Shown: positions 47,077-57,390 of the stretch, in pieces | Position numbering within the stretch: the stretch's first letter is position 1 | Layout: each line of letters begins with the position of its first letter | Assembly: GCA_963810095.1 (NCBI GenBank) | Contig: CAWEMM010000007.1 | Location: 416,001-480,000, forward strand | Source: an uncultured Chloroflexia bacterium | GTDB lineage: Bacteria; Chloroflexota; Anaerolineae; CG2-30-64-16 | Direction of reading: 5' to 3' | Length of the DNA: 64,000 nucleotides | Made by a program: the position numbers and the translations under genes | The notes under the pieces: model-generated | Told to the model about the DNA's origin: nothing | Databases searched by the model: none | What the model saw: the letters and a program-made list of their open reading frames with translations, nothing else

Positions 47077-50043
47077 ATGTCCGGTCGGTCCTCGCGAGCG
47101 CGGCTCTCGGTTGCGCTTCGCCTCGCCCTTGTCGTCATCTTCGCGCTCGGCGCCTTTGCACCCCTGGCCAGCGCCCAGCGGGAGTTTCCCTCCTCCGCTG
47201 AGCCCGTCAAGAGCCCCAACGGCATCTACATTGTTCAGCTGACGGGTGCCCCTGTCTCGGCCTATCGCGGCGGCGTTGCCGGCCTTCGCGGCACGGCAGT
47301 CCCGGAAGGCACGCGGCCTGACCGCGACGCCGCGGATGTCCAAGCCTACAGCGCATTCCTGGTCGAGCGCCAGAATGAAGTCATGCAGGCTGTGGGCGCA
47401 TCCGAGAGCGTCTACAACTACACCTACCTGTACAACGGCTTTGCGGCCAAGATGACTCACGAGCAGGCGCTTGCTGCCGCCGCCATGCCTGAGGTCGTTG
47501 CCGTGACGCCCGATACCATCGTCGAGGCGGACACGACCACTACGCCGCAGTTCCTCGGCCTCGATGCGCCCGGCGGCCTCTGGGCCCAGCTGGGCGGCCC
47601 CAGCCGGGCGGGTGAAGGCGTCATCATCGGCGTCATCGACTCCGGCATTTGGCCCGAGAGCGCCAGCTTCACGGACGACGGCAACAACCGGCCGCTCCCG
47701 CGCTGGAAGGGCAGCTGCGTGCCCGCCGGCGAAGAGTGGACTTCCGCACTGTGCAACGGCAAGCTGATCGGCGCCAAGTACTACAATGCGGGCATGGGCG
47801 GCAACGCCGGCATCGACGCGACCCGGCCCTGGGAATACAACTCGCCCCGTGACTACAACGCTCACGGCACGCACACGTCGAGCACTGCGGGCGGCAATTA
47901 CCATGTCGCGGCCAGCGCGCAGGGCAACTCCCTGGGCTACACCAGCGGCATGGCGCCCCGAGCCAGGATCGCGATGTACAAGGCGCTCTGGAGCACGCAA
48001 GACGCTTCGACCGCTAGCGGCACCACCAGCGACCTGGTCGCAGCCATCAATGACGCGGTCGCAGACGGCGTCAACGTCATCAACTACTCGATCAGCGGCT
48101 CCACGAGCAGCGTGACCGACCCGGCCGAGCAGGCGTTCCTGCAGGCCGCCGGCCTCGGCGTGTTCGTCTCCGCGTCGGCGGGCAACAGCGGCCCGACCGC
48201 CAGCACCGTCGCCCACAACAGCCCATGGCTCACCACCGTCGCGGCCGGCACGCACGATCGCGGGTATGAGGCCACCATCACGCTTGGCAACGGTGCCACC
48301 TACAAGGGTGTGTCGCTGGGCAACGGCGCGGGCCCCGCACCACTCATCCTGTCGACCGCCGCGGGTCTGGCGGGCGCGGACGCGACCGCAGTACGGCTGT
48401 GCTACAGCGGCAGCTACCTCGACCCAGCCAAGGTTGCCGGCAAGATCGTCGTGTGCGACCGCGGCACAAATGCCCGCGTCGACAAGAGCCTCGCGGTGCA
48501 GCAGGCAGGCGGCGTCGGCATGATCCTGACCAACGTGTCGCCGAGCACGCTGAATGCCGACATCCACTACGTGCCCACGATCCACGTGGACGAGGTGGCG
48601 GGCGCGGCGATCAAGACGTATGTCAACGCCGACGCGGCCGCTGCGACGGCGACCTTGGGGCCCGCGGTCGTGATCAAGACCGAGGCGCCCTTCGTCGCGT
48701 CCTTCTCCTCCCGCGGCCCGGCCATCGCGATTTCCGGCAACTTGCTGAAGCCGGACATCATGGCGCCCGGAGTCGACATCATCGCATCCGTTTCGCCCTC
48801 GGTCGGCGGCTACAACTTCAACTTTATGAGCGGCACCTCCATGGCCGCGCCGCACATCGCGGGTATCGCGGCCCTGCTCAAGGCCCGCCAGCCCGCCTGG
48901 ACGCCTGACATGATCAAATCCGCGATCATGACCTCGGCGGGCCAGAAGACCAACTGGGGCAACCCCCTGACGGGCAATCCGTTCGGTTACGGCGCGGGCC
49001 AGGTCAACCCCAACGGCGCGATCAACCCCGGCCTGGTGTACCGGATCGCAATGCAGGATTACGTCGCGTTCCTGTGCGGCCAGGGCATCTACCCGAACAA
49101 GAACCCGAACGTCTGCAACATCCGCAAGATCGGCGCCAGCGATCTGAACCTGCCCTCCATCGCCATCGGAGCCATGCCCGGCACGCAGACGGTGAAGCGC
49201 ACGGTCCTCAATGTGACCAACAAGACCTTGACCTTCACGGCGGCCGCGAGCGTGCCCGGGATGACGGTCGAGGTGACGCCCGCGAAGTTCACGATCGGCC
49301 CGTCCGGCTCCGCGACCTTCACGGTCAAGTTCACCCGCACGACGGCTACGTTGAACAGCTACGCGTTCGGCTCGCTGACGTGGTCGAGCGCGGGCTACAC
49401 GGTTCGCAGCCCGCTCGCAATCCGGCCGGTCGCCATCGCGGCGCCTGGCCAGGTGACCGGCGCGGGCGCGAGCGGTTCGGCGTCGTACGGCGTCCAGTTC
49501 GGCTATGATGGCCCGTTCGCGGCGCTGCCGCACGGCCTCGTAGCCTCCACGTCGTTCAACAGCACGATCAGCACGGGTGAGACGCAGTCGTTCTCGGTGG
49601 TCGTCCCTGCGGGAACGAAGCTCGCGCGCTTCTCGCTGTTCGACGCGCAGGTCAGCCAGGCGAGCGACCTGGACCTCGAAGTGTACCGCGGCTCAACCCT
49701 CGTCGGTTCCAGCGGCGGGGGCACCTCCGAGGAAGAGGTCAACCTGGTTAACCCCACCGCCGCCACCTACACCGTACGGGTGGTCGGCTTCGACACGGGC
49801 GCGACGCCGAGCAACTACACCCTCTTCACCTGGGCCGTTCCGGCCACCGACGCGGGCAACATGACCGTGAGTGCGCCCGCGACGGCGACCACCGGCGCGG
49901 CGGGCTCGGTCACCCTCAACTGGGCTGGCCTGACCGCAGGCACGAAGTACCTGGGCACCGTGACCTATCACAATGTCGCGGCGCCGGCCAGCTATGACGA
50001 CGGCCGCATCGGCTCGTCCGTCGTGCTCGTGAACACCGACTGA
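47077..50043 (+). CDS. Secreted S8 subtilisin-like serine protease (I9 prodomain, PA domain, Fn3-like and PPC-like C-terminal domains)
   Basis: Signal peptide; triad 'VIDSG', 'HGTHT', 'SGTSMAAPH'; 'CNGKLIGA', 'KIVVCDRG', 'LNLPSI'. Confidence 0.95.
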   Translation: MSGRSSRARLSVALRLALVVIFALGAFAPLASAQREFPSSAEPVKSPNGIYIVQLTGAPVSAYRGGVAGLRGTAVPEGTRPDRDAADVQAYSAFLVERQNEVMQAVGASESVYNYTYLYNGFAAKMTHEQALAAAAMPEVVAVTPDTIVEADTTTTPQFLGLDAPGGLWAQLGGPSRAGEGVIIGVIDSGIWPESASFTDDGNNRPLPRWKGSCVPAGEEWTSALCNGKLIGAKYYNAGMGGNAGIDATRPWEYNSPRDYNAHGTHTSSTAGGNYHVAASAQGNSLGYTSGMAPRARIAMYKALWSTQDASTASGTTSDLVAAINDAVADGVNVINYSISGSTSSVTDPAEQAFLQAAGLGVFVSASAGNSGPTASTVAHNSPWLTTVAAGTHDRGYEATITLGNGATYKGVSLGNGAGPAPLILSTAAGLAGADATAVRLCYSGSYLDPAKVAGKIVVCDRGTNARVDKSLAVQQAGGVGMILTNVSPSTLNADIHYVPTIHVDEVAGAAIKTYVNADAAAATATLGPAVVIKTEAPFVASFSSRGPAIAISGNLLKPDIMAPGVDIIASVSPSVGGYNFNFMSGTSMAAPHIAGIAALLKARQPAWTPDMIKSAIMTSAGQKTNWGNPLTGNPFGYGAGQVNPNGAINPGLVYRIAMQDYVAFLCGQGIYPNKNPNVCNIRKIGASDLNLPSIAIGAMPGTQTVKRTVLNVTNKTLTFTAAASVPGMTVEVTPAKFTIGPSGSATFTVKFTRTTATLNSYAFGSLTWSSAGYTVRSPLAIRPVAIAAPGQVTGAGASGSASYGVQFGYDGPFAALPHGLVASTSFNSTISTGETQSFSVVVPAGTKLARFSLFDAQVSQASDLDLEVYRGSTLVGSSGGGTSEEEVNLVNPTAATYTVRVVGFDTGATPSNYTLFTWAVPATDAGNMTVSAPATATTGAAGSVTLNWAGLTAGTKYLGTVTYHNVAAPASYDDGRIGSSVVLVNTD

Positions 50044-50083
50044 GTGAGCGCTGGCTGACGGCCGACGCTCGGTAGCTAACTAG

Positions 50084-50115
50084 AAGGGCCGGCGGACACT
50101 TGTCCACCGGCCCTT
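50084..50115. terminator. Hairpin between convergent genes, same arms as the 46709 hairpin
   Basis: aagggccggcggaca-ct-tgtccaccggccctt. Confidence 0.65.
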
Positions 50116-50144
50116 GCCGTTTATGGCAACCACCCGCGGCAGCA

Positions 50145-50465
50145 TCACATCGCGGGATATATCTCGTACAGCGTCACCGAGCCGTTTGCGGCCAGGTGGG
50201 GGCAACTCTGGGCGAACCGAGTGGCTTCGTCCAGGGATTCGGCCCGGAGGATGGAGTAGCCGGTCACCGGGGCCGCAGGTCCGGCCTCGGAGACGCGGCC
50301 GTCGGGCGAAATGGTCTTGGCGCCCGAGTTCGTGGGGTTGCCCGGATCGACAACTGCGGGGCCGATCTGCGTAAACCAGTCTACCCACAACTTGGTGACC
50401 GCCGCGCCTTCGGCTGCGCTGGTGGGTGGGTTGCCGCCCGTGTATAGGAGTAGAAAATTGGCCAT
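50145..50465 (-). CDS. YciI/DGPF-like small protein
   Basis: 'FLLLY.GG', 'W..WF..IG..VVD.GNP', 'TGYSIL.A.SLDEA...A..CPH'. Confidence 0.7.
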   Translation of the reverse strand: MANFLLLYTGGNPPTSAAEGAAVTKLWVDWFTQIGPAVVDPGNPTNSGAKTISPDGRVSEAGPAAPVTGYSILRAESLDEATRFAQSCPHLAANGSVTLYEIYPAM

Positions 50466-50656
50466 CGGAAACTCCTTCGTGCTTGAGTCGCGTCATACTG
50501 GCGGATCTGACGACCTCAGTATCGCGCTCTGCCCCTGTACTACTGTAGGCGAACTTCCGTTCGATTCTTCACGCAGCCTCCCCGCCTGCACTGCACGGGG
50601 GCTCGGGGGTGGGCGATGACAGGCGCCGGCAGACCAGGGGAGCGGGGAAGGGCACG

Positions 50657-51371
50657 ATGAGCGTGGTAAATGGCGGCACGCCGCTGGACGAGCGCCTTTT
50701 GCTCGAGGCCGCCCGGGAACTGGGGGAACGTGATGCCCGGCTCGCAGCCGTACTCCGGCAGTATGGGCCGCCCCCGCTGTGGGCCCGAGCGCCGGGTTTC
50801 CCTACGCTCGTCCAGATCATTCTCGAGCAGCAGGTGTCTCTTGCGTCGGCACGGGCTGCGTTCGAACGCCTGGAGGCGCTCGCGTCTCCGCTCACTCCCG
50901 AGCGCTTCCTGGAGCTGGACGATGTGACGCTGAAGGCCGCGGGTTTCAGCCGGCAGAAGACGCGGTACGGCCGGGAGCTGGCGCTCGCGGTGCTGTCGGG
51001 CCGGCTGGACCTCGAACGCCTGCCCGCGCTTGACGACGACGCGGTGCGGGCGGAACTGACTGCCATTACCGGGATCGGCCGTTGGAGCGCCGACATCTAC
51101 CTCCTGATGGCGCTCGGCCGGCCCGACGTCTGGCCGTTGGGCGATCTCGCACTGGCGGTCGCGGCCCGCTCGGTGCTGGCGCTCGACGCGCTGCCCACCC
51201 ACGCCCAGCTATTGGAGCTGGCGGAGGGCTGGCGGCCGTGGCGGGCTGTCGCGCGCCCGGCTGCTCTGGCATGCCTATCTGAGCGAGCGCGGGCCGGCGA
51301 AGCGGGCGAACGGCAGCCCGCGCGCCGCCGACAAAGCTGGCGGGGGTGACGCCGTAGGGGAGGAAGCATGA
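50657..51371 (+). CDS. DNA-3-methyladenine glycosylase II (AlkA-like HhH-GPD); frameshift near 51255
   Basis: 'ILEQQVSLASA', HhH 'ITGIGRWSA', 'RPDVWP.GD', 'WRPWR..AARLLW'. The restored frame stops in an ATGA overlap with the next gene. Confidence 0.88.
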
Positions 51372-51943
51372 TCACGCACGAAGCTAAGGGTGACGGGGAG
51401 TTCGCATTGGGTGAGGTGGCCGGGCTGCGGATCAGCATGGGCCGTTCGAGCATCGCCGCGTCGCTGCTGCTGTGGGGGCTGGCCGCGCTGGCCGGCCGGC
51501 GGCTGGCGCGCTTCACCGTCCCGACCGCGGCGGTCGGTGGCCTGCTCGCGGTGCTCCTGCATTGGGCCGCAGAATTGGTGCACCAGCTCGGGCACGCGCG
51601 GGCGGCTGCGAGCACCGGCTACCCGATGACGGGCATCCGCTTCTGGGGCGTCTTCGGCCGGTCGGAGTACCCAGCTGACGAGCCCGAACTGCCGGCTGCC
51701 ATCCACGTGCGGCGGGCGCTGGGTGGGCCGCCGGTCACGATGGCCGTGGGGCTGCTGGCCCTTCCGTTTGCGCTGAAGGCGCGGCGCGGTAGCCTGTTGC
51801 AGGCCGTCGCGGCCCTGGTGCTGCTCGAGAACTTCTTTGTGTTCGGGTTGGGCGCGTTCGTGCCGCTGGGGTTCACGGACGGGAGCACGCTGCTGCGCTG
51901 GCTGCCGAGGCTGCGCAAGGAGCGCGAAGAGACGACCGTGTGA
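51368..51943 (+). CDS. M50-like membrane protein with HQxxH instead of HExxH
   Basis: TM segments; 'ELVHQLGH', 'RALGGP', 'PLGFTDG'. Confidence 0.6.
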   Translation: MITHEAKGDGEFALGEVAGLRISMGRSSIAASLLLWGLAALAGRRLARFTVPTAAVGGLLAVLLHWAAELVHQLGHARAAASTGYPMTGIRFWGVFGRSEYPADEPELPAAIHVRRALGGPPVTMAVGLLALPFALKARRGSLLQAVAALVLLENFFVFGLGAFVPLGFTDGSTLLRWLPRLRKEREETTV

Positions 51944-51967
51944 TGAGCAGGGGAGCTCGCGCCGGTG

Positions 51968-54268
51968 TCACCGGGCGAGCCGGGCCACTTCCAGGCGCTG
52001 GCCGGCCGCAGTCTCTTCTGCCCATGCGATCACGACATTGCCGGCGGCGTCCACCCCCAGCCCGGGCTGCATGAGCGTTGTTGTCCTGGCCCGGACCGCC
52101 GTCAGCGCGGGCAGCCACTGACCCGAAGGCTGGCGGCGCGCCACGTAGAGCGCGATCCCCGCACCCTCGTATTCCTCCCAGGCGACGTACACGAGCCCTT
52201 CCCGGTCGACCGTAATGGCGGGCAGCGATTCCGCGCCGCCGTCGACGTGATCGGCCAGCATCAGCGGACGCTGCCAGGCTGCACCGGCGGGGCGCTCCGC
52301 GACGAAGAGCTGGCCAAACCCGCCGCCCTCCCAACACGCCAGAGACTCAACCCACGTGGCATAGCTGTTCCCCAAGCTGTCCGTCGCCAGTGCCGGGCTG
52401 GTCAGGAGGTGGGTCGATTGGGCGAGGCGCTGGTTGGCCGCCCACTCGCCGTTGGCCGAACGGTATCCCGCCAGGATTTCCTGTCGTTCGGGCCGCTCGT
52501 CCACCCACACGATCTGCACGTTTCCCGGGCTGTCGATCGCGAGCGCAGGGACGCCGCGACACCAGCGCGCGCCGGGATCGCTGACGCGTTCCACGGGATT
52601 CCAGCGCCCGGGTGCCTGCTCGGACCTGAAGACGAGGTACCAACCGTCCGTCGCGTACTCGCACCAGGCAGCCGCCAGGTGCCCGTCAGGGGCCAGGACC
52701 AATGCGGGGTTGTCCTCCATCGGCCTGTCTACTTCGGGGCTGAGGCAGAAAGGCGGCCCCCAGACGCCGTGATCGCCGCGTCTCACGACCCAAAGGTCGG
52801 GCCATCCCACCCGGCTCAAGGGCAGAACGTCGGATGACCGCGCCCAGCCCGACCAGGCGACCGCCAGGTCATCGCCGCCGGCTGCGAGCGCGGGTCTCGC
52901 ACCCGGACTCGCCGTCCACGCAGGATCGAGCGCTTCGACTGCCCACCGGCCTGCAGAGCTCCAACTGACCGCTGTCAACGTGCACCTGAACCCTAAACCC
53001 ATGCACCCGCCAGGGTTCGAATACACTGCCGCTCCATCGGCCGGCGCGAGGCGCATCATTACCTGCTCGGGCAGCAGGGCGCCCAGCTGGGCCGGGCCGT
53101 CCAGTAGGGCCAACGCCGGCCCTCGCAGGGCTTCGGCTATGATCGTCTGCGCGGCGAGGCCCGTCCGCACGGTGACCCGGAACCCCGCGGCCACGGGCTC
53201 TTCGACAGAGACGGAGATGCCCGCCGCCGCATCGATAAAGACATCACCCGGCGTCCAGGCGGATGCCCCTGCCCCGGTGCGGGTGTCACCGGGGTGGGTG
53301 ACGAGGTGCGCCGGATGCTCCGTGCAGGCCGGATCCACGAGGTGGATGACCACCGCATCGACCGGCAGCGCGGCGTCGTATCCTGTGCGAAGCCGGGCTT
53401 CGACCGTGTAGTAGGTTTGGGCTAAATCGCCGCGCGGGATCACTGCCAGCAGGTAGCCACCACCAGGCGGCTGCGCGAGACGCTCAAGCGTGATTGTCGC
53501 GGTCGCGCCGGGGGCTGCCAGGTAGGTCACGGACGGTGGTATCCAGCCGAGCTGCGCCTTGGCCTGTGCAAGGACGTGTTGCGCGGTGATGCCGTGCGCC
53601 ATGTCGCAGGCACATTCGCCTGCCTCGCCCATCGGGTCCCAATCATCCGTGTACAGGGCGCCTGCCGCGCTCGCCGAATGCTCGATGCCGAAGACGTGCC
53701 CCATCTCGTGGACCCAGTCCGCGAAGGAGCTGAAGGCCCACAGCCACACGGTGTGACCACACCACTGGCCGGCATCTGTCTCCACACACGCAGAGCCGGC
53801 ATAGATCTCCTTGTTGAGCCACTTGTCGAACACGAGAATGACTGCGGGGTACGGCGTCAGGTCCGCCCCTGTCGCGGCTGCGCCGGCGCAATCCCGGGCC
53901 AGACCCTGAATATCCAGCACTCCCTGTGCCTGGAAATAGGCCTCCGAGCTCTTCCCAAGGTCGTGCCACCCCGCGACCCGGCTGCCGGCCAGGCTTATCT
54001 TGCCGTACGAGACCTCGCGCCAGTAGTCGTCCAGGCTGGGGGCTGGGCCGAACAGCAGGTCCTCGAAGACTGCAGGCGAATCGGCCGTTCGGGCAGCGTC
54101 CGACAGGTGACACAACACGACGAGAAAGGGCTGCGCTCCCGATACGACGTGAGGTGCTGGATGAGGCTGTGGTGTGGGGGTTGGCACCAAGCCGCCCGCG
54201 AAAGGTGAGGTCTCAGCACCGAGCAGCAGCAATAACAGCGACACTGCCGCGGAACAGAGGCGGAGCAT
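51968..54268 (-). CDS. Secreted M6/M11-like zinc metallopeptidase with C-terminal beta-propeller-like repeats
   Basis: Hydrophobic N-terminus; 'YWREVSYG', 'HEMGHVFGIEH', 'WDPMG', 'K.QLGWI', 'YYTVEAR...GYD'; C-terminal 'P.LA.D..GN....W' repeats. Start uncertain. Confidence 0.75.
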   Translation of the reverse strand: MLRLCSAAVSLLLLLLGAETSPFAGGLVPTPTPQPHPAPHVVSGAQPFLVVLCHLSDAARTADSPAVFEDLLFGPAPSLDDYWREVSYGKISLAGSRVAGWHDLGKSSEAYFQAQGVLDIQGLARDCAGAAATGADLTPYPAVILVFDKWLNKEIYAGSACVETDAGQWCGHTVWLWAFSSFADWVHEMGHVFGIEHSASAAGALYTDDWDPMGEAGECACDMAHGITAQHVLAQAKAQLGWIPPSVTYLAAPGATATITLERLAQPPGGGYLLAVIPRGDLAQTYYTVEARLRTGYDAALPVDAVVIHLVDPACTEHPAHLVTHPGDTRTGAGASAWTPGDVFIDAAAGISVSVEEPVAAGFRVTVRTGLAAQTIIAEALRGPALALLDGPAQLGALLPEQVMMRLAPADGAAVYSNPGGCMGLGFRCTLTAVSWSSAGRWAVEALDPAWTASPGARPALAAGGDDLAVAWSGWARSSDVLPLSRVGWPDLWVVRRGDHGVWGPPFCLSPEVDRPMEDNPALVLAPDGHLAAAWCEYATDGWYLVFRSEQAPGRWNPVERVSDPGARWCRGVPALAIDSPGNVQIVWVDERPERQEILAGYRSANGEWAANQRLAQSTHLLTSPALATDSLGNSYATWVESLACWEGGGFGQLFVAERPAGAAWQRPLMLADHVDGGAESLPAITVDREGLVYVAWEEYEGAGIALYVARRQPSGQWLPALTAVRARTTTLMQPGLGVDAAGNVVIAWAEETAAGQRLEVARLAR

Positions 54269-54455
54269 CAGTTTTGCAGGCGCGGGCACCGTCGGCCTCC
54301 TCGGGTGTGAGGCCGTCGAGCCGGCCGGAACCCGCTCCGCGGGCTGCCTCACACTCCTTGGGGGCAAGTCTAGCAGGCGCGCGTTTGCCACCGTTCCGTA
54401 CGCGTTAATCAGCGTCCAGGGGTCCCGAGTTCTGGCGAATGGGCGCGTTCCGGCG

Positions 54456-55244
54456 CTAATCCGGGCGCCTGGGCTGCCCGAGAACGTACGTCAGCCGGCC
54501 GGGGGTGCGCGGGATCTCCTTCTGGCCCACCTGCCACGTGTACCCGGGCGTCTCCGCGGCCTTTGACATGCGCGCCATCTCAGTCGTGTTGTAGGCGCGG
54601 AGCTGCGACACGATGCCGTCCCACCAGCAGGTGAGGCCGACCAGGGGGATGAAGTAGGTCCAGAAGAGGCGGCCCCAGCGGAACGGGCGGATGAGTGGCG
54701 CGGTGAACTGCACCAGGATGGGCGTCAGGAACATGATTCCGAGCAGGCTGGCCGCGCGGCGGTCCGCGGTGTCGATCACCGCAATGGGCTGGCCTGCCGC
54801 CGCCGCGTCCCGCAGGATTGCCTCCGCGTCGGCAGGGCGGAAGTGGTGGAACGCGTTGAAGAGGGTGCGGAAGCCCGGCAGGCCCTGCGGCACCGCGCGC
54901 ATCCACCGGCTCGGTCACGTAGTCGATACTGCCCGCCGAGGCCCGGGCCGCGGCATCGAAGGCGGCCAGGTTCGGATAGCGATCGGTCAGCGTGAAGCGA
55001 ACCGGCAGGCCGTTCGCCGCCAGGTCCTGAGCGAGCGATGGAATGGGGCCGGCCCCGCCCGAGCCGAGATCGACGATCCGTTCCGCACGGGTGGCGCGGA
55101 GCGCGCCGGCCAGAATCTCCGCGATGGGCCGATGCATCGCCATCTTCGCCTCGACAAACTGCAGGTAGTCCGTCGCATAGTCACGGATCCGCGCGGGAAC
55201 CAGGACTCGTCCTCAAGCTCGAACAGGTGCAGCCTTGGGATCAT
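54456..55244 (-). CDS. Class I SAM-methyltransferase-like protein; frameshifts near 55185 and 54900
   Basis: 'RLHLFELED..WFP', 'IVDLGSGGAGP', 'LTDRYPN', 'RTLFNAFHHF', 'WDG.VS.LR.Y'. Confidence 0.75.
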
Positions 55245-55294
55245 CGCGTACCTCTCGATTCGTATAGTCAACTGAGCGCCAACAACACAACGGT

Positions 55295-57188
55295 CTACTC
55301 GCCGATCGATGCCCCGAGAACCACCATTCGCTCGAATGGGTTACCGGCATTATCGCTGCCTCCTGCCCGGACCACGATCGTATACTCGCCAGCTGCAGGT
55401 GGGGTCCACGAGTCAGTGTACTGATCCCCCTGCTGCTGCAGGTCGACAACGTCCGGCTCGGCCCTAAGCGCAGCGTCTCGGATCAGAGCCCGCATGGTTA
55501 CGCCCTGCAGGGGACCGGGACCGCTGAGGCCAGCGGTGATCGAGACCGGCTGCCCGGCCCGTGCGGCCGGTGGGGAGAGCTCGGCCGTCATGCCTAAGTC
55601 GGTATCCATCGTCGCCAGCACGGCGAACGGCCCTCCGCCCGGCGGCGTCTCCTTCGCGGTCAGCCCGATCTCCCACGCTCCCGCCTTCGGACTCACCACT
55701 CCGTACCCCAGCGTCAGCGGCTCGCTCGCGTCGAGCACGCGCTCGAAGGTCACGTTGGGATTCGACTTCGGCGTCTCCTCGGTCAGGATCTTCCCCGCGA
55801 CCGTCTTGATGGTCATGCTGACCTGGCTGCCGGGCGCGAGGAGGATGAAGCTGGCGCTCCGCGCCTGGTCGATGGTCAGGGTCACCGACACCGTCTCTCC
55901 CGCCTTGAGCGTCCCCGCCTGCACCAGCGTGCTCTGCACCTGCTCGGGCTCGGTGAGCGGCGTGGTTTCGTCCACCATGCGGATCGGGTAGTCGCGCGGC
56001 GAGCGGGCGAGCGATGCGAAAATGCGCTGGAAGCTGTCCTGCCGGTTGTTGAGGTCCGAGTGGATGCCCGAGATGTGGTCGGGCGAGACCGAAACGCCCT
56101 GCAGGACGCTGCGCACCGACACGTAGCGGTCCGTGGGCAGCTCAGTGCAGCGGATCGCGATAGCCTGGCGCACGGCGTCGCCCGCAATGGCGAAGAAGGG
56201 CACCCCGCGGCGGTCGCGCACGGTCTGGTTGAAGACCGCGTTCAGGTACTCGGGCGTGATCTGCGTGGAAGCGGGCGAGAAGAGGCTGACAGCCGCCGGG
56301 ATGCGGCCGCACGGCGTCCCGCCGTTCGGGGTGCCCGCCATGAAGAGCTGGTTGGCGGCTGGGACGTCGGGCAGGCCGGGCGAGGTGACCATAGGCATCA
56401 GGTTCTGGACGTAGTCAGCGCGAAATGAGACCACCCAGGCTGTGGGCCACCAGGTCGACCCGCTCCGCGCCCGTGTTGGTGCGCACAGCCTCCACATATT
56501 CGGCCAGGATCTCCGCGTTCTCGCTGATGCTGAAGGTTGGCGTCGTCGGCTTAGACGGGATGCCCGTGTTCATACGCCGCGTGCCGAACTGCTTGTCGTC
56601 GACCGCATAAGGGGGCATCCCGTGCGCCTCCAGGTAGCCGCCGGGCTTGATCCAGTTGATCCAGGAGTTCTCGTCCGAGTTGAGGCCGTGGACGAGCACG
56701 ACCGGCTTGGGGACGACCGCCACCGTCTTCTCAGCCTTCTCGCCGCCAGTAAGAGCGGCCGTCACCGTGCGCGTGCCCACCTGTTTCTGCGCTTCCCACG
56801 CCCAGCCATTGGCTCGAAGGGGCAGTTCGCAACCGCTCGCACCCTTGGCGACGACGCACTCACCCAGTCCCGACGAGCTGTCAGCAAGGGCAAACGTCAC
56901 GGTCACGTCGCTTGCGGCCGGATCACTGAGGGTGGCGCTTAGTCCCAGAGCGTTGCCGTCCACCGTGCGGTCGACCGGCTGGCCCTTCGAGTCCAGGACC
57001 TGGATGGTGAGGTCAGGCGGCGGCGCACCGGTCGAGCCGGCGGTGGCGCTGGGCAGGGGCACGGGGGTAAGGGCCGGCCGGGGGACCGCGTCGGCCAAGG
57101 AGCCGGACCCCGCCGGGCTGCAGCCGGCGACAAGCACCGCGAGGGAGAGCAAGCAAGCGGCGGCTAACAGCCGGCGTAAGGGTGGCAT
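55295..57188 (-). CDS. Lipoprotein alpha/beta hydrolase (lipase/PGAP1-like) with Ig-like domains; frameshift near 56420
   Basis: Lipobox 'LVAGC'; 'PVVLVHGL', nucleophile elbow 'AHSLGG', 'GTPNGG', 'D.YV', 'HSDL'. Confidence 0.8.
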
Positions 57189-57390
57189 GAGCGACCTCCG
57201 CGACAAACTACAATGGAGGCGATTCTAACCGAGAATCACATGCAGCGCAAGGGATACACAAGCATGATACAGTACGTTTAGTTACATTGTACTCCCGGTT
57301 TCGCCTGTATGATGCGCAAGCCCGCCTGGCCTGTCCGCGCATAAGAACCCCAGGGGCACGCATCCTTCCAACGCCATAGGAGGCCCACCC

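Noticed and set aside
44079-49533. Long antisense ORFs (871 aa at 44079-46694, 830 aa at 47041-49533; also 32002-33804 and 33814-35580)
   Set aside because: Shadow ORFs opposite well-supported genes in high-GC DNA, with no motifs or RBS.
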